Assembly (NCBI GenBank): GCA_964035575.1
Contig: OZ037833.1
Coordinates: 1,550,001-1,614,000 of the forward strand
Direction: 5' to 3'
Source of the DNA: Rhynchopus sp. YZ270_cl-10
Lineage: Eukaryota
DNA: 64,000 nt
Position 1 is the stretch's first letter. Every line of letters begins with the position of its first letter. Under the pieces are notes generated by a model. It had not been told where the DNA came from and did no database searches. It was given only the letters and a program-made list of their open reading frames with translations. Positions 60,538-64,000 of this stretch are shown in pieces. The position numbers and the translations under genes were made by a program.

Positions 60538-63500
60538 TGTGTTGTGTTGTGTTGTTAATGCCTAGTGAGGGTAATTCTTGCGCAGAAGATGGCCCTTTTT
60601 GTGTTGTGTTGTGAATGCCTAGTGAGGGTAATTCTTGCGCAGAATATGGCCCTTAGGTGTGGGGGGGGCTACGTCACCTGCGAAGACCCCGCGGGGTCTT
60701 GCCTGTGATGTAGGGGGAGTGTGCCTCGTGTTGACGTGCTGTTATTGATGTGGCGTGTGTGGCACGTTCCGCAGCACTGGGCCAATGATTTCTTGTCTAG
60801 CAAGCATGCCCCACATCTCGTGAGTCTATGTTTCGTGCAGAAGTCCATCACAATGGCGCGGCCATCGCCTTCTGTGTGGTGTAGGCTGCAGCAGGTTTCT
60901 GGAGCGGCTCGCAGCGTCTTGCACGAGTTACATCGCACTTTGCCGTGGGTCAGACAAGACAAGGTTTTGGCGCACTTTCTGGCGTCTGGAGGGGCCGTGC
61001 GAGGTGGGCGGGCCCGTCCTGCAGCTCTGGCTTCAGTCGCTCTGCCTCGCCATCCTGCGGAGGCTTCAGTCCAGTCATCAGCGTAATGCTCTTGCGGCCG
61101 GAACTGGGCTGCCCAAGCCTGGGTCTCCTCGTACAAGAGGGAGCGGCGGTTCCCTGCAAAGGCTGCTATGTGCGACTGTAGGTGGCGCAGTACCTCCTCA
61201 GTTTTGCTGTTGAGAACTGCTCGTTTGCTCACACCACTGGTCACCGAACCTCCGATGGCAGTAAGGCTAGTGACGTTGGTGTAGTGGCCGTACATCCAGG
61301 ACTGTGGTTTGTACACCTTCGCAAAGGTCTGCATCAGCTCGCCCAGTGAGAGTGACTTGGCCAACGCGCTTTGCAGGAAGGTGTCGCGTTCCGAGGAGGC
61401 AGCGGCAAGTTCTGCTTGCTTCTGGTTCTCCACCTCATCCATTGCCTGGTTGCTGAGAGCGTCAGCGTCCTTGTTTCGCTCTCGCGCGATGTGGCGGAAC
61501 CCCAGGGTGAAACGGGGTTGAACCTCTCTGATCAGTTCTTTAGCCACGAGGAACAGCGGTTTGAGGAAATCGTTGCAGTCAGCTACCCCCCGGAGCTGGT
61601 CCACAATCAGCTTGGAGTCTCCGCTGATGGTGACCGGGCCTTGTAGCTCAGAGGGGAGTTCGTTGAGGAGGCGGAGGCCACTGATGACTCCTTCGTACTC
61701 CGCCACGTTGTTGCTTCTGGCTGAGGGAAGTGGGGTGGCCACCGATGCGCTCTTGACACCATCCACATATACCACCGCTCCTGCCCCAGCCCTCGCGAAG
61801 ACAGTTTTGTTCTGTCTTGCTCCGCCGTCAAAGAACATTTCCACCCCGCTGTGGTCCGCGATATGGTCCCTAACCGTGCACGACGAGGTAGAGGCTTTGA
61901 ACTGCGGATAGCGGCGGCTGCCAACGTCTGGGAGCGGCATTCCTGTGGTGAGCTCAAAGTCCACTGCCAGCTCGATGAGGCTGATTGAGTGTTCGGACCC
62001 GACGTGGGCCCACTGAAGTCCTCGCACCCAGGAGTTTAGTGCATGCCAAAGGTCTTCGTTGTGTTTCCACTGTTGACGGACGCTCTCGTAGCTGTAGACT
62101 GGGAGATGTACCTGTCTGGGCTGGGGTGAGGACCAGCCCCACGGAAAGCTCTGCAGCCGGTGGTGTCTGGCAGATTCTTCGGGGCGGTCGGCACGGATCT
62201 GTCGCTCTTTTACCACCTCCACAAAGAAGCGTTGGAGACTCCTGACGATGAAGCGTCTGTCGTCCGAGTTTTGCGGTAGCGCATTGTCCCCTTGTCGGAA
62301 GGCTGGGGCCACCCCACATATCGACAGGCAATTTGGCCAATTGGTTCGATCCTGCGATGTGATGCTGTGCCTGGCTCGCACCGACGACCACGCCTGGCAG
62401 TCCCACCAAAGATGCTCAACCGTCTCTCGTTCGCCAGACACGCAATAGGGGCAAGATGTTGTGCTGAGGCCTGAGCGGCCCGTGGTGTTCACCGCACCCG
62501 CGATGACTGATCTGAGAATGCCTTTCTGGTAGCCGGTTAACTCGTTAGCAGAGTCCTCTAACAGGTGCCTGGTTGTGTGGCCATCGACACCATGCTGCAG
62601 GCCTTCGAAGTCGGGGCGCCTGTTAGCCATTTTTGAGAGTATCTCCGTACGGAGGAAGTGGCGGGCTTCTGCCTCCATTCCTGCCACTTGCTTGTCTGTG
62701 AGCGTACTCAGCTCCAAGGTAGCAGCGTCACCTGCCTCGTTCACAAAGCTAATCGACGTTGGAGACTGCCATGTCCAGCCGAGTGCTCGCAGGGTGAGCG
62801 AGATGAGATGGAATGGGCCACATGTCAGAGAGTCTCTATTCTGCCAAGCGGCTGTAGCGAGGGGTCTGCAACTTGCCTTTCTCATTTGTTTGGCCCATGC
62901 TCTTAGCCTGTGGAGGTGCAAGACCATGGAAGGGTCCATGCGATGTCCGTGTTGCAGGACGTGCAGTACAACTTCTGGCGCCCTTCTGTTGGTACCCGTC
63001 CACACCGCCGCTGTGAACTTTGTCGTGAGGTTTTTCTGCTCTTTGGGGGACATGTACGTTGTGGAGGCAGCGTAGTAGCACTTCGACCCCGCACTCATGG
63101 ACGCCACGTGGTCTCGGTGCTGAACTGGGGTGGGGAGGGATTTCACCCTTCGGAGGTTCTCAACTGCAGTTTCACGCCTCTTTGCAATGCGGTCTGAGAC
63201 GGGCAGGTTGTCCACATCCTGTGTTGGCTTCGCATGCACCATCGCACCCGTGCAGTCGAAGCTGTTTCGCTCTGGAAGGAAGATGGGTGGGGACTGACTT
63301 ACCAAACACCGTGAGAGGGAGTCGTAGGCTTTGAGTTCGCATGGGGGGGTGTCGCAAGTCGAGAAGGTGTGCGACTTTGACGTGCTGATTGCCATTTGGG
63401 TCTTCTGCGAGAAGATGACAGTACGGTCGGTGATGTCCTGCTGCAGCTCATGTGTGCTGGCAGTCGCGTAGATGTCATCGACATAAGAAGCGGCCTCGGC

Positions 63501-64000
63501 CCCCCGACTCTCCACATCCCGCATCCAGACGCTGACTACGATGTTGATCAGGATAACGCTAAGCGGGCACCCCTGCATGATGCCATTCGTGGGGACGAAT
63601 GGTTGCCCTATGGAGCCATTGCACTTGAAATGCCTGGTCATTCTAGCGTAAGCCTCTCGTAGCGTGGTTAGCACCACTTCGTTGAATCCCAGCCGCGCCG
63701 CAAGCTGAAATGTGATCTCTATCGGCACTGTGTCAAAGCACTTTTGGAAGTCGATAGCGACTCCGTACATATCGCCCTCAGACAGATGCGCGCATTCCAG
63801 CTGGGCTGCTAGGTGCCAGTACAGGTCCTCTGTGCCGTGTTTGGGCCTGCACCCGTGCAGCCCCTCGGGGGCCAGCTTCTCAAGCCAAGGGAAAGCCGAT
63901 TTCGCACGCACCGACGCCCAGACCCGGTACAAAACAGCCGTGATCGTGATAGGGCGTTGTGACAGGGGGTTTGCATCGCTTTCAGGTTTGGGAATGAGAG
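60538..64000 (-). mobile_element. Non-LTR retrotransposon, 3' part, with duplicated 3' end and (CAACA)n tail
   Basis: RT ORF followed by a short 3' UTR present twice, each copy ending in CAACA repeats. Confidence 0.9.
60669..64000 (-). CDS. LINE ORF2 (partial): reverse transcriptase, CCHC finger, RNase H, Cys/His repeats
   Basis: IPK..RPITI, IDFQKCFDTV, GIMQGCPLS, YVDD; CPYC..ETVEHLWWDC; FFDGG/NNVAEY/GDSKL/NKDADALSN; frame open to the window edge. Confidence 0.92.
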   Translation of the reverse strand, partial: LIPKPESDANPLSQRPITITAVLYRVWASVRAKSAFPWLEKLAPEGLHGCRPKHGTEDLYWHLAAQLECAHLSEGDMYGVAIDFQKCFDTVPIEITFQLAARLGFNEVVLTTLREAYARMTRHFKCNGSIGQPFVPTNGIMQGCPLSVILINIVVSVWMRDVESRGAEAASYVDDIYATASTHELQQDITDRTVIFSQKTQMAISTSKSHTFSTCDTPPCELKAYDSLSRCLVSQSPPIFLPERNSFDCTGAMVHAKPTQDVDNLPVSDRIAKRRETAVENLRRVKSLPTPVQHRDHVASMSAGSKCYYAASTTYMSPKEQKNLTTKFTAAVWTGTNRRAPEVVLHVLQHGHRMDPSMVLHLHRLRAWAKQMRKASCRPLATAAWQNRDSLTCGPFHLISLTLRALGWTWQSPTSISFVNEAGDAATLELSTLTDKQVAGMEAEARHFLRTEILSKMANRRPDFEGLQHGVDGHTTRHLLEDSANELTGYQKGILRSVIAGAVNTTGRSGLSTTSCPYCVSGERETVEHLWWDCQAWSSVRARHSITSQDRTNWPNCLSICGVAPAFRQGDNALPQNSDDRRFIVRSLQRFFVEVVKERQIRADRPEESARHHRLQSFPWGWSSPQPRQVHLPVYSYESVRQQWKHNEDLWHALNSWVRGLQWAHVGSEHSISLIELAVDFELTTGMPLPDVGSRRYPQFKASTSSCTVRDHIADHSGVEMFFDGGARQNKTVFARAGAGAVVYVDGVKSASVATPLPSARSNNVAEYEGVISGLRLLNELPSELQGPVTISGDSKLIVDQLRGVADCNDFLKPLFLVAKELIREVQPRFTLGFRHIARERNKDADALSNQAMDEVENQKQAELAAASSERDTFLQSALAKSLSLGELMQTFAKVYKPQSWMYGHYTNVTSLTAIGGSVTSGVSKRAVLNSKTEEVLRHLQSHIAAFAGNRRSLLYEETQAWAAQFRPQEHYADDWTEASAGWRGRATEARAAGRARPPRTAPPDARKCAKTLSCLTHGKVRCNSCKTLRAAPETCCSLHHTEGDGRAIVMDFCTKHRLTRCGACLLDKKSLAQCCGTCHTRHINNSTSTRGTLPLHHRQDPAGSSQVT

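Overview
Eukaryotic nuclear DNA, most likely from a diplonemid (Euglenozoa). Every host gene I can recognise (about 20) lies on the minus strand. Genes carry short canonical GT-AG introns, and a degenerate copy of the diplonemid-type spliced leader sits at ~31.9 kb. Genes include an ARD-like cupin, a C2HC zinc-finger protein, a SIW14-type phosphatase, a Clu-like protein, an Sfr1/Mei5-like protein, four tandem RPS11 copies, an LRR-IQ protein, a kinesin-3, an O-fucosyltransferase-like GT, an AP5Z1-like protein, two CCT5 copies, ARPC5 and a Q-rich protein. Intergenic DNA is dense in non-autonomous TIR elements with TA, 2-bp, 6-bp and 8-bp target-site duplications (TSDs). The window ends in a non-LTR retrotransposon ORF (RT, CCHC, archaeal-type RNase H, Cys/His repeats). 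Two signals stand out. (i) Two elements share a terminal hairpin plus IR-flanked body; one holds a decayed tyrosine-recombinase gene and a T-shaped hairpin. (ii) Two families of short dispersed repeats, a ~34-nt stem-loop and a ~115-bp element, have all copies I found oriented like the host genes. Protein assignments come from motif recognition by eye; no database searches were run.
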